A DNA stretch of 61,481 nucleotides from an uncultured Bdellovibrio sp. (GTDB lineage Bacteria > Bdellovibrionota > Bdellovibrionia > Bdellovibrionales > Bdellovibrionaceae), in NCBI GenBank assembly GCA_963932905.1, contig CAWVRN010000030.1, positions 1-61,481 of the forward strand, read 5' to 3'. Numbering within the stretch: position 1 is the stretch's first letter; each line of letters begins with the position of its first letter. A program made the position numbers and the translations under genes. Below the pieces are notes generated by a model. The model did no database searches. It saw nothing but the letters and a program-made list of their open reading frames with translations, and had not been told where the DNA came from. Shown in pieces: positions 1 through 9,316 of the stretch.

Positions 1-124
1 GATCTGGTCCAGACTCAAGTAAATTTGCGCTTCCGCAGTTCTTACAATTTTTATACTGAGCCTTCTTTTTCTTGTTTCGAGCTGGCCCCCTATAAGCCAG
101 TATTGGTCTACAACTTAAAATCAT
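1..124 (-). CDS. Partial CDS (5' end), probable Zn-ribbon protein
   Basis: ATG at 124 with GAGGGGG RBS; manual translation MILSCRPILAYRGPARNKKKKAQYKNCKNCGSANLLESGPD contains CxxC; runs off the window. Confidence 0.6.
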   Translation of the reverse strand, partial: MILSCRPILAYRGPARNKKKKAQYKNCKNCGSANLLESGPD

Positions 125-184
125 TTTTCCCCCCTCTTAGTTTTTTCAGCGTGCCGTTTTGCGCAGCTTTCACTAGCTATATAG

Positions 185-200
185 GGCAGTAAGTGTGCCA
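185..200 (-). promoter_or_regulatory. sigma54 -24/-12 promoter
   Basis: Minus strand TGGCAC-ACTTA-CTGCC (GG-N10-GC) about 60 bp upstream of the ATG at 124. Confidence 0.7.
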
Positions 201-283
201 AAATTCGGATTTGCTTTGATTGAGCTTCAAACTATTGAAATTACTAGATTTTGATTTTCAGTTTTTTTCTGAAAAATTGAAAG

Positions 284-393
284 CGTCCGAGAATCCGAAC
301 GGTGGATTTAAATTTACTCTGACAAAATAAATACTTAACGAAATCGTCCGGCGAATTTGGCAAAAACCTTCAAAACGTCCGGCCTGGCGAACA
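284..393. promoter_or_regulatory. Two putative enhancer (UAS) palindromes CGTYCG-N6-CGRACR
   Basis: CGTCCG-AGAATC-CGAACG (284-301) and CGTCCG-GCCTGG-CGAACA (376-393); same motif occurs three times at 6318-6513. Confidence 0.6.
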
Positions 394-496
394 AGCGCCG
401 AAAAACCTATAGTTTAATTTGAATCGATAAGTTTGAGAATGTGATAGGAACTCAATGATAAAACCGTATTGACGTCTTAACCGAACAAGAATGCTC

Positions 497-2074
497 TTAG
501 TTAAATTCAATTTGAAAGATGCTATCTTTAGACAGGAGCTTGCACTTTAACCGCTGGCAGGCTTCCTGAATCCAAGATTCGTCATAATGGCCGGTTACTA
601 GGACAAAGTTACTAGCAAGCAAGGGGTGCCTCTCTAAAAAATCAAGGCCTGTCATTTTTCCGTCCCCTAAATCAAAATCAACCAAGTAGAGACTAGAAAA
701 AGTTGGATCAACTGATTGCTCCATCGATTCGCAAGATCGAAAGGACTCTATTGCCAGAGATTTACTAAGTCCCCTAAACTTTACTTCCCAGGCGTCTAAC
801 ATTGTCTGCTGGTCGTCACACAATTTAATCAAATGGTACTTTTCAAGCGAAATTTTATCGATATGCCAAGAAGGGGTTTTCACCTTAGGCAAAATGATTG
901 ATAGAGATGTGCCTTTGCCATATTCAGATGTTATTTCGATATTTCCTAAATTGGATTCAACAAGTTTCTTAGAGTAATATAGCCCAAGTCCAGAGCCATC
1001 GATTTTTCCGTGTGTGAAGTGCCTATCAAACACTTTTGAGAGGTGTTCATTTGAGATCCCATGACCTGTGTCTTTAACTTCAATTGAAAATGATTCCTCA
1101 TCGAAAGACAAGATGATATCAATCGCGCCTTCGTTTTTTATCGCTTGAAGAGAATTATCTATAATATTTGATAACATCGGTAGAAAATGGGCTGTAGGGA
1201 TAAAGGTGTATATGCCAAGATCGGATTCAGAATTTACTATGGTTAAATCAATTTTAACATTTTTTGAAATGAGTTTCTTTTCTGCTACGATTGACTTAAG
1301 CATCTGAACCACATCAAAGATGGCTTTGGTGGTTTGCTTACTCGCAACAGAATTTATTGATGCGCTATTAGGATTTCTTGGTTTAAGTTCTTCAATAATT
1401 TCTTCAAGTCTTTTGATAACCCCAATGCCCTGATCAAAAATCTTTTCTGGTGAAAACATTTTCTCAATAAATATGGCCCTTAAGCTTGCTAGTGGGGATC
1501 TAATATTATGTCTGACTTTTTTTGCTATTTCCTCGATAAGTTCAGCATTTTTAACTCGAACTTCTTTTTCAAATTCAATCTCGACCTTCTTCTTTGCTTG
1601 ATTAAACACTAGGGCCAGCATTATAGCTGAAAATAGCCAGATAAGAACAGCATACGGTACAAGTTCAAATCTTGAATAGGTATAGGTTGCCTTTGCTACG
1701 AGGCTTTTTGATTCGGTATCTAGAAATATGGGAATAGTAACGGATGAATAAAGAATCTGACTAATATGATCTTGGGAGCTAGTCCTTCTATCAAAAACTG
1801 GGGGCAAAGTGATGATATGCTCATCCGTCGGTGAGACGAGCGAGACATGCGTAAATGCAGAAAATTGTACGCCATTTAAATACTCGACAACCCCGCGCAT
1901 TTCTTTTGTCGAAATCCCTTTTCTGACAAAACTTGATGCTTGAATCGCTAGCTCATCTTTAATAGAACGGTTCCAAATCACAGAGAGCGCAATGGCCGCT
2001 AAAAGTAAAATTAACGAGGTTAGAAAAAATCTAAATGTCGTTTTTTTGATTTCTTGCTCTAAGCGGCTAATCAT
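497..2074 (-). CDS. Membrane hybrid sensor histidine kinase (2 TM, HisKA, HATPase, C-terminal receiver-like domain)
   Basis: HNIRSPL H-box, NIIDNS N-box, DTGHG and GSGLGL G-boxes, C-terminal CDD...VDFDL...VTG; probable start MISRLEQ at 2074. Confidence 0.9.
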   Translation of the reverse strand: MISRLEQEIKKTTFRFFLTSLILLLAAIALSVIWNRSIKDELAIQASSFVRKGISTKEMRGVVEYLNGVQFSAFTHVSLVSPTDEHIITLPPVFDRRTSSQDHISQILYSSVTIPIFLDTESKSLVAKATYTYSRFELVPYAVLIWLFSAIMLALVFNQAKKKVEIEFEKEVRVKNAELIEEIAKKVRHNIRSPLASLRAIFIEKMFSPEKIFDQGIGVIKRLEEIIEELKPRNPNSASINSVASKQTTKAIFDVVQMLKSIVAEKKLISKNVKIDLTIVNSESDLGIYTFIPTAHFLPMLSNIIDNSLQAIKNEGAIDIILSFDEESFSIEVKDTGHGISNEHLSKVFDRHFTHGKIDGSGLGLYYSKKLVESNLGNIEITSEYGKGTSLSIILPKVKTPSWHIDKISLEKYHLIKLCDDQQTMLDAWEVKFRGLSKSLAIESFRSCESMEQSVDPTFSSLYLVDFDLGDGKMTGLDFLERHPLLASNFVLVTGHYDESWIQEACQRLKCKLLSKDSIFQIEFN

Positions 2075-2078
2075 CTTA

Positions 2079-2957
2079 TCACCCCACAAACTCTGCATCA
2101 GGAGCAGGGTTATTGTCTTGATCAAGGCAGCAAGCAAATTTTAGCGGACATTCGTTTAAACTTGGATGTGAGTATATAAGTTCTGAAAATTTCAAATTAT
2201 TTAAGTCTAAGTTTAGATCTATTTTTATTTCTTGATTTAAATTAAGAATTTCAACTAGATTTTCACAGTAACTAGGATCAAATAAAAGCCCTTGGGAGTC
2301 GTTAGATGTCGGCTTTGCAATTTTTTTAAACTGCCCATGCGATATGGGAGCAATTGACTCAACTCTAAGCGCAGCGAGATTTCGTAAACATTCAATTTTT
2401 GATTTCTTCTGGGCATCTTGGATATTTCTACTAACGGCAGCGCCCATGATGCCGCCAAGATTTTTGCCGCTATCTAGACCATGAGCTAACGTGAAGATCC
2501 CGACAAAACCAACAGGCACGATCATTTCAAATTGCAAAAGATTAAAATCTGTTTTGCCGTAGTCTCTGGTATCTATTACAAATCCTTGTGATGAAATAAG
2601 CTTCATTCCATTTTTTTGACTGTGGTGTGACCAAATCGATATGCGCTCGATATACTCAAGTAACGCATTTTCTTTGGCTAGATCAAAATTCTGATGACCG
2701 GCAACTCCAGTTGAGCTGATTTTGTTTTTATCGCACACATAACGCTCGATTGATTCACATACAGCCTTAACAAGAGCCAAATTTGAATCTAAGTCTGATC
2801 CTCGACCACCGTAGGTTTTTGAATCGATCTCAATTTTTACATCTAGATCATAGTGACCTTGAAAGTAATCACTAATCCAATCAAGCTGAGTTACTTGAAG
2901 ATTAAGAATCTCGGCACTATCTAATATCCAGCGAGTTAGTCCTTCGTAATGAGCCAT
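2079..2957 (-). CDS. Short YcaO-like protein
   Basis: YcaO ATP-binding motifs GRG...ALVKAVCESIERY and SSTGVAGH...AKENALLEYIER; C-terminal PAP. Confidence 0.75.
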   Translation of the reverse strand: MAHYEGLTRWILDSAEILNLQVTQLDWISDYFQGHYDLDVKIEIDSKTYGGRGSDLDSNLALVKAVCESIERYVCDKNKISSTGVAGHQNFDLAKENALLEYIERISIWSHHSQKNGMKLISSQGFVIDTRDYGKTDFNLLQFEMIVPVGFVGIFTLAHGLDSGKNLGGIMGAAVSRNIQDAQKKSKIECLRNLAALRVESIAPISHGQFKKIAKPTSNDSQGLLFDPSYCENLVEILNLNQEIKIDLNLDLNNLKFSELIYSHPSLNECPLKFACCLDQDNNPAPDAEFVG

Positions 2958-4480
2958 AGTGGATTATTCGCTAGGATTTTAGAGAGTTGAATGTTCCAGC
3001 CTTTTTTTACTAAAGCCGTATAGGGACCAGAAAACAATGGGACAAAAAGCGCATCCTCCAGCGCGGACTCATGAATTTGTTGGAGCAGCTTAAGCCGATC
3101 ATCTTTATTTTGCTTTGACATATAGTTTGCTAGCCATGCCTGTCGTTCTTTTTCAGTAAGTCCAAAAAAACCAGCCATTAAAGAATATGAAATTAGCGAA
3201 ATGTCCTCGTTAAAACCCGTGTCGGGGCCAAGAATATATGCGTGGGGCATATCTGTGATAGTACTATATTTTTGAAATGAGGGTAAGTTTTTTCCTTCAA
3301 GTACAGTTACTGAGGGAATTGCTGACAATATACACTTCTTGTATTCTTCTATGTTTCCGACTCTAACTATTGAGATAGACAAATTTAATTTGCTTATATC
3401 TATCATAGGAGTTGGCCGTTCTAAAATCTGTCGAGCCTTTTCTGTTTCAATTGCTCCATCGCCATGCTGCGGAAAAAACTGAAAGGTATTTTCATAACCA
3501 GGAAGCTTTAGAAAGTGACTAGAAACTGACTCTTTTATTTTCTTGCCTATCAATAATCTTTGTAGAGGACTAAGCTCTTTTATTCCACGATCTGTAAAAA
3601 ACAAGGCAAATGTTCTTATATTTGCAGTAGAGTGAAATTCAGCCCCAGGTGACGTTTTACTTAATTCATAAACTTCTTCAGACTTTGCTGAATCAATTGT
3701 GGTAATAAAATCTATTTTACTTTCGTTAAAAAGGCGTAATGAATCTGACTTATGCTTTGGATCAACCGGAACAAGCTGAATTTTTTGCGCAATATTTTTA
3801 GAGTAATGATAGTGACTTGTGTTTGCCGTTAGTTCAATGTTGCCGCTTTCGCTATCTCTACTCACGTAGTAAGGACCCGACGTATTTCTGTAATCGATAA
3901 TTTCAAGCGACTTTGGGTCAACTGATGATTTTGGAATAATAGCAAAATCAATTCCTGTTAGCATAGGAAGTATGAATGCTGATTTTCCTACAATTTGTAA
4001 TATTAGCTCGTTATCTTTATAACTAATTCCAGGACAAGCATCCTCAATGGACTTAACTTCGTAGCCTTTACATACAAGGTCTTTTAAATTGCCGTGAGTA
4101 TTTTGAGTGCGAACAAGCAGTCTTTTAAGAGAGAATGCGGCATCTTCAGCGGTAATTGCTTTTCCATCTATGGTCTTAACACCATCACGTATAAAGAAAT
4201 GAAGTTCATCATTTCGCCACTCCCATTTGTCGGCTAGTCCGCTTCTAATAGTTGCATCATTTGGAGATAACTCAACTAATGGACTGAAGGTATTTTCTAA
4301 AAATATATATTCTGGTGCTAAATGAATCCTGGTTGGTTCATACGATTTTGCGGGTAAACCATTTGGAAAGGCGACTCTTAATGTGTCTGACATGGCGGGG
4401 CCTCTTTTGATATAGGATTGAGCGAGAAATATTCCCGCCGCAAGCCCGATAAAAATAATAACATAGTGGTGGTTTTTCAT
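2936..4480 (-). CDS. Family-5 (peptide/nickel-type) solute-binding protein, membrane-anchored
   Basis: N-terminal hydrophobic segment; GLADKWEW...FFIRDGVKTIDGKAITAEDAAFSL and SGPY motifs. Confidence 0.85.
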   Translation of the reverse strand: MKNHHYVIIFIGLAAGIFLAQSYIKRGPAMSDTLRVAFPNGLPAKSYEPTRIHLAPEYIFLENTFSPLVELSPNDATIRSGLADKWEWRNDELHFFIRDGVKTIDGKAITAEDAAFSLKRLLVRTQNTHGNLKDLVCKGYEVKSIEDACPGISYKDNELILQIVGKSAFILPMLTGIDFAIIPKSSVDPKSLEIIDYRNTSGPYYVSRDSESGNIELTANTSHYHYSKNIAQKIQLVPVDPKHKSDSLRLFNESKIDFITTIDSAKSEEVYELSKTSPGAEFHSTANIRTFALFFTDRGIKELSPLQRLLIGKKIKESVSSHFLKLPGYENTFQFFPQHGDGAIETEKARQILERPTPMIDISKLNLSISIVRVGNIEEYKKCILSAIPSVTVLEGKNLPSFQKYSTITDMPHAYILGPDTGFNEDISLISYSLMAGFFGLTEKERQAWLANYMSKQNKDDRLKLLQQIHESALEDALFVPLFSGPYTALVKKGWNIQLSKILANNPLWLITKD

Positions 4481-4491
4481 GACTCTAGATC

Positions 4492-4761
4492 TTATTTCTG
4501 TTTACCACAAATTGAACTCTGAGCCGCCCCAAGGATTTGTACTCTACCGCGACCTGCTAACTCATCAAGAATGGAAGCTCTTTTTACAAGAGTATCAGTT
4601 TCTTGAACACTTAGCAGCCCGGCCTTAAGCAGAAGACCAATAGCCTCTTTGACTTCATTTTCAGACAGAGCCTTCACATTTTGACTCTTAACTTCTTCAG
4701 AAAAAACTGGCGCTCCAAATAATAAAGCCACAACTATTACCAGTGATTTTACATTTCTCAT
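4492..4761 (-). CDS. Small exported protein (89 aa), candidate peptide precursor
   Basis: Signal peptide MRNVKSLVIVVALLFGAPVFS; ATGA overlap with upstream regulator stop; C-terminus AAQSSICGKQK. Confidence 0.7.
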   Translation of the reverse strand: MRNVKSLVIVVALLFGAPVFSEEVKSQNVKALSENEVKEAIGLLLKAGLLSVQETDTLVKRASILDELAGRGRVQILGAAQSSICGKQK

Positions 4762-6173
4762 ACTTCGTCCTCCCACAATTTGTTTATCTGAACGCCAAGA
4801 CCTTTAAGCTTGTCGTGCAGGGTTGATTTCGCAATTCCTATAAGCTTTGATGCTTTTGTCATTGATCCAGACATTACAACGATCTTCTCTAAGACCTCAC
4901 GTTCTCGATGAAACGTTTCGACTTTATAATGACTCCATAATTCCAAAGCATCGTCATAAGATTCAATATTGGATTCGTTCTTTTTTGTTAAAAACGTTTT
5001 ATCGATATGGTTAACATCTAGTTTTTCATCAGAGTATTGCGCCAGCATCCTTGTGACCGCATTTTCTAACTGCCGCACGTTACCCGGCCAAGAATACTTG
5101 AGCAGCGTCGATAAAGCGTTTTGAGTTATCTCTCTTTTTTCTCCAGTTTTATTTTTCCACTCATTTAGAAAATGGAGAACAAGTGGTTCGATATCACTCG
5201 TTCTCTTTCTCAGCGGTGCAAGCTCAATAGGAAGAACATTTAATCTGTAATAGAGATCTTCTCTAAAAGTTCCTCTTTTGACGGCCTTTTCTAGATCGGC
5301 ATTTGTCGCGGAAATTACCCTAACATTTGTTTTTACAGATATACTTGATCCTACTGGTGTGATCTCTTTTTCTTGAAGCACCCTTAAAAACTTAACCTGG
5401 ACACTCAGAGGTAGATCTCCAATTTCATCTAAAAAAATGGTGCCGCCGTCGGCTTCTTTAAAAAATCCTTTTTTTGCGCCAATGGCCCCAGTAAATGCGC
5501 CTTTAACATGACCGAAAAGCTCGCTTTCAATAATACCAACGGTAATCGCCGTACAATTTACAGAAATAAATGGGCCGCTAGAGAACTTTGATTTTTCATG
5601 AATCGCTTTGGCTATTTTTTCTTTGCCGGTACCGTTTTCGCCGACTATTAAAACTATCTCTGGACGCCTGGCATATCTATCGATTAGCTCGCAGGCGTTT
5701 TTTGTTTGCTCAGACACCCCAACCATATTGAATGTTGCTATATATTTTTCAACATCAGAAGTAATCTTAGGAGGGCTTACTACATGAGAAATGCTTTTTT
5801 GGTCAAACCGCTTACAGTAGCTTTCAACAATGCTAACGAGCCGAATATGACTTATAAGCCTTGGCAGTACTAAGAACGATCCTGCTTTGTGGCACTTGTC
5901 GGCGGTTTCATCGGAATCATCACCAGTGATATTTATAACCTGAAGTCCGGGATCAATCTCATGAAACATTTTAGTGGCCTGATCACCGTTAACCTCAGGC
6001 ATATGAAAATCAACGATGGCCAAGGCATAGCGACCAATATTCTTTTTTATAAGCGAGATGGCAAACTTAGCACTAGCTGCTTGATGAACAAAAAATCCTT
6101 TTGATTCCAGGATTGACTTAAGCAGACTTAAATTCTCTGGTTTATCATCTACTATTAGAATTGTGTGACTCAT
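4758..6173 (-). CDS. sigma54-dependent NtrC-family response regulator
   Basis: Receiver (ILIVDD, DFHMP), GENGTGKE, ESELFGHVKGAFTGA, FREDLYYRLNV, WPGNVRQL, Fis-type HTH; probable start MSHTIL at 6173. Confidence 0.95.
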   Translation of the reverse strand: MSHTILIVDDKPENLSLLKSILESKGFFVHQAASAKFAISLIKKNIGRYALAIVDFHMPEVNGDQATKMFHEIDPGLQVINITGDDSDETADKCHKAGSFLVLPRLISHIRLVSIVESYCKRFDQKSISHVVSPPKITSDVEKYIATFNMVGVSEQTKNACELIDRYARRPEIVLIVGENGTGKEKIAKAIHEKSKFSSGPFISVNCTAITVGIIESELFGHVKGAFTGAIGAKKGFFKEADGGTIFLDEIGDLPLSVQVKFLRVLQEKEITPVGSSISVKTNVRVISATNADLEKAVKRGTFREDLYYRLNVLPIELAPLRKRTSDIEPLVLHFLNEWKNKTGEKREITQNALSTLLKYSWPGNVRQLENAVTRMLAQYSDEKLDVNHIDKTFLTKKNESNIESYDDALELWSHYKVETFHREREVLEKIVVMSGSMTKASKLIGIAKSTLHDKLKGLGVQINKLWEDEV

Positions 6174-6229
6174 TCTCTTATCCCCCCCCGAACAGTTAAC
6201 GATCCGAAAATCGTCTGCCAGATTCACAG

Positions 6230-6245
6230 AGCAATGTTGGTGCCG
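6230..6245 (-). promoter_or_regulatory. sigma54 -24/-12 promoter of the regulator-peptide-SBP-YcaO-HK operon
   Basis: Minus strand CGGCAC-CAACA-TTGCT. Confidence 0.8.
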
Positions 6246-6273
6246 GTTGGTTTTCTCAAACTGGGTGTCATAA

Positions 6274-6286
6274 AATCAATAGCTTA
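6274..6286 (+). promoter_or_regulatory. IHF-binding site
   Basis: AATCAATAGCTTA matches WATCAANNNNTTR and lies between the UAS palindromes and the sigma54 promoter. Confidence 0.6.
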
Positions 6287-6317
6287 GATCTTGATGTGGA
6301 ATTTCCGCTACAATTTT

Positions 6318-6513
6318 CGTTCGACACGGCGAACGGGTAAAAAATTCAACTTCTATTTTTGCTATATGAATTAAATATTTAGCTCATAAAGAATTGAAAA
6401 ATAATACCGTCCGGATTACCGGACACGAGTCTCACACGAATTTGAAAAAAATGAATAAGTCGTTGAATTCAAAATCTTTATTGGAAAATGATGAGCGTTC
6501 GGATTTTCGGACG
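6318..6513. promoter_or_regulatory. Three putative UAS palindromes
   Basis: CGTTCG-N6-CGAACG (6318), CGTCCG-N6-CGGACA (6408), CGTTCG-N6-CGGACG (6496). Confidence 0.65.
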
Positions 6514-6712
6514 ACTTCTTGGAATTGAAATAAATTCCTAAAATGTATTAAAGTTCGACGAAATTAAACGAGGCAAAGTGCGTTTGCGTGAAAATGACAT
6601 TTTTCAACCGCGATGCATAGAAACTGCAATTTGCACTTTTTTGCTCGTCAAGGATATCCTTTTAGTGCATTTTGCAGTATCTGTGCATAAGGCACCAAAT
6701 CCGAGGTAATCA

Positions 6713-7564
6713 ATGAAATTAGAAAATGCTCGTATGGATCATGTGAGCGCAATTAAAAAGTATATCGAAGCCATCGTCGATGCCGATGATATGCACGCGC
6801 TTGTTATAGAAGGACCTCCTGGTTGGGGCAAAACTACTTCCGTCGAAGAATCCCTAAAGCTTGCCAAGATTGAGGCACACCATTTAGGAGCCTATTCAAC
6901 GCCGCTTAATCTATATAATTTTTTAGCTGAATATTTTGATCAAGTGGTACTTTTAGATGATTGCGCCGGGATATTTAATGATCCAAGCGCGATGGCAATT
7001 CTAAAAGCAGCCACTTGGCCATCTAAAGGAAACAAGCGTCTTGTTAAATGGGGATCGACTTCATCTAAAGCGAGTACTTCTGAATTTGAGTTTCTAGGAA
7101 AATTAATTATAGTTTGTAATTCATTTCCAAAAACTGCCGATGGTGAGGCAATAAAATCCCGAGGTTATTCCAGAAAAATTGATATTACGTTAACCGAAGC
7201 TAAAAAGTTTTTGCTAACTGCCGCTTCTCAAAAAAGATGGTATCCAAAAACAAAACTAGCAGTAGAGGTAGTCGATTTTTTGCTGAGTCATGCGACTGAA
7301 AGTACGCTATCTCAAATCAGTTTTAGAACCTTAAAAAAGGGCTATAGATTAGCCGAAGTCCATCCTGATTCATGGAAGGAATTATTCTCTGATACTCTTC
7401 CTAAGGGATCTCTCGATCCAGAAACTTTAGTTAAAGAACTCGCTAGGCAAGGCCTTAAGGTTAAAGACCAAGCCAGAATCTTTAGCGATAGAACCGGCAA
7501 GAAAGTGAGATCGTTTTATAATTATAGAAAAGAAGCAAGAGTTGGCAGAAATGCCGCAAAATAA
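6713..7564 (+). CDS. P-loop AAA-type ATPase with possible C-terminal HTH
   Basis: Walker A GPPGWGKT, Walker B VLLDD, sensor IIVCN; basic helical C-terminus. Confidence 0.75.
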   Translation: MKLENARMDHVSAIKKYIEAIVDADDMHALVIEGPPGWGKTTSVEESLKLAKIEAHHLGAYSTPLNLYNFLAEYFDQVVLLDDCAGIFNDPSAMAILKAATWPSKGNKRLVKWGSTSSKASTSEFEFLGKLIIVCNSFPKTADGEAIKSRGYSRKIDITLTEAKKFLLTAASQKRWYPKTKLAVEVVDFLLSHATESTLSQISFRTLKKGYRLAEVHPDSWKELFSDTLPKGSLDPETLVKELARQGLKVKDQARIFSDRTGKKVRSFYNYRKEARVGRNAAK

Positions 7565-7582
7565 ATTCTTTTTTTCTAGAAT

Positions 7583-7915
7583 TTAGGAAAGTCTTCGATT
7601 AATACGATCAAAAACTTTAAAAGCTGATTTGAAATCTTTTTTATCATCTTCGTTTAGAACAAAATTTGCAGGTGCTATTAGTTTTAATGGATCAATATTC
7701 AGGGTCGCGGCAAGAGTAGAGATCGTCGAGAGCCTAACGTCAGAAACTAGCAGATTTTCTATTTCGTTTATCGTGGATATTGAAACCCCTGATACCTTTG
7801 AGAGTTTATTTTGCGAAAGGCCATTTTGCTCTCGGTAATATTTAAGCATACTTCCTAGGTGCCTCACGAGGCGATTGAGCTGCTTATCATTGTAATGTTT
7901 AACACTTCTTGGCAT
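7583..7915 (-). CDS. XRE-family HTH regulator
   Basis: LKYYREQNGLSQNKLSKVSGVSISTINEIEN. Confidence 0.9.
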   Translation of the reverse strand: MPRSVKHYNDKQLNRLVRHLGSMLKYYREQNGLSQNKLSKVSGVSISTINEIENLLVSDVRLSTISTLAATLNIDPLKLIAPANFVLNEDDKKDFKSAFKVFDRINRRLS

Positions 7916-8004
7916 ACGACCCCTGTTCTCCGTAAAGGTAAATATACGGAAAAGGAGCAATGCTCGGGTATTTCTCTATTTCATAATACTATCGTTTATA
8001 AAGT

Positions 8005-8045
8005 AAAGCGGCGGCCTTCGGCCTAAGCCTACCAGACGCCGCTTT
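8005..8045 (-). other. Stem-loop downstream of TR (possible DGR RNA structure or terminator)
   Basis: AAAGCGGCG/CGCCGCTTT inverted repeat with an overlapping GGCC-GAA-GGCC mini-hairpin (minus strand). Confidence 0.55.
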
Positions 8046-8166
8046 TCAGCGATATTTGTCTGACACCAGAGTGGCATCAGCGCAGGAGTAATGACCTGGA
8101 CATAGCCTTGGCACGCAGATGTAATCCGTAGACGACATCTTCCGGCCGTTTTTCTTGAGCTGTGTG

Positions 8167-8291
8167 CTCACGAGGCGGAACCCCACATTGTTGTTGCGAT
8201 TACCAGGCGAGTTGTTGTTCCGATTACCCGAACGCAAGTTCTGCGCATTGTTGTTCCAACTACCGCCACGGATGACGCGGTTAGAGCCCGT
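8167..8291 (-). repeat. DGR template repeat (TR)
   Basis: 125-bp ungapped match to 10556-10680; 16 mismatches, all at TR adenines; 13 AAC/AAT codons. Confidence 0.97.
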
Positions 8292-8302
8292 AATGTTGGT
8301 CA

Positions 8303-9316
8303 TTACACCGTATTTAATGATTCTTTAAAAATGCCCCTCCTGACAGACAATGAGTTTACATGACTGACATGTGCGACAATACTTCCCACAGAATTTATCA
8401 AGTCCCTTTCGGAAACATGCCCCTTTTTAAACTGAATCTCTTTTTTTCTAATTTTGATTCTCATGCGAGATAAGTTTTCTCTTTTGAGTCGAATAAGCTG
8501 CGGGAAAATTCGAAATCCTAAGAATGGAATCCCTTCAGACACAGGAGCTATCTGAGTTACCTTTTCTTTAAGTTCGATCTTCAGGACTTGAGTTACAAAT
8601 TGATCAATTTTTGAATGTAAATCCCAAAGTTCCTTTTTGCTGTCTGCAAAACAGATAAAGTCATCCATGTAGCGGACATAACCTTTTATTCCGAATCGAT
8701 CTTTGATAAGGTGGTCCAATTCGCCTAGATATAAATTTGCAAAATGCTGGCTGGTCAGATTTCCAATCGGAAGACCGCGACCCGCTAAATTTCCAGGGAC
8801 TTTATGGTCAATTATCAGATCAAGAACCCAAAGTAGATCCTTATCTTTAAAAAGCCTTCGTAAGATATTTTTTAAGACTTGGTGGTCGATACTTTCAAAA
8901 AACTTTTTAATGTCACACTTTAGATAATATGGGTACTTTCGGGCGAATTCTTGGCATCTTGAAACAGCAAGGTGCGCGCCTTTGCCAACACGACAGGCGT
9001 AGCTATCCTTGATAGACCTGCTTTCAAAAATGGGTTCGATAATGTTGCAAATAGAGTGGTGAACAACTCGATCTCTAAAATCAGAACTGCATATTTTCCT
9101 GACCTTTGGCTCCGTTACTTCAAACTGCGAATAAGGACGAGGTTGATATGTTTTGTCGCCAAGTTGTTGGTGTAGCAAAATCAATTCATTTTCGAGATTA
9201 AAATTAAAAGTGATCACCGAATTCTTTGCTTTCTTCCCGCGCATAGATTTTTTTGCAGCCAAGAGTAAATTTTCAAATGTAATGATCCTTATGTAAAGAT
9301 TAGCGTATCTTTTCAT
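8303..9316 (-). CDS. DGR reverse transcriptase
   Basis: [43 protein letters not shown]; adjacent to TR and avd. Confidence 0.97.
   Translation of the reverse strand: MKRYANLYIRIITFENLLLAAKKSMRGKKAKNSVITFNFNLENELILLHQQLGDKTYQPRPYSQFEVTEPKVRKICSSDFRDRVVHHSICNIIEPIFESRSIKDSYACRVGKGAHLAVSRCQEFARKYPYYLKCDIKKFFESIDHQVLKNILRRLFKDKDLLWVLDLIIDHKVPGNLAGRGLPIGNLTSQHFANLYLGELDHLIKDRFGIKGYVRYMDDFICFADSKKELWDLHSKIDQFVTQVLKIELKEKVTQIAPVSEGIPFLGFRIFPQLIRLKRENLSRMRIKIRKKEIQFKKGHVSERDLINSVGSIVAHVSHVNSLSVRRGIFKESLNTV

Noticed and set aside
8046..8303. 85-aa Asn-rich ORF as a genuine FGE-domain protein gene
   Set aside because: It is the DGR template repeat read in frame; the Asn richness reflects AAY template codons
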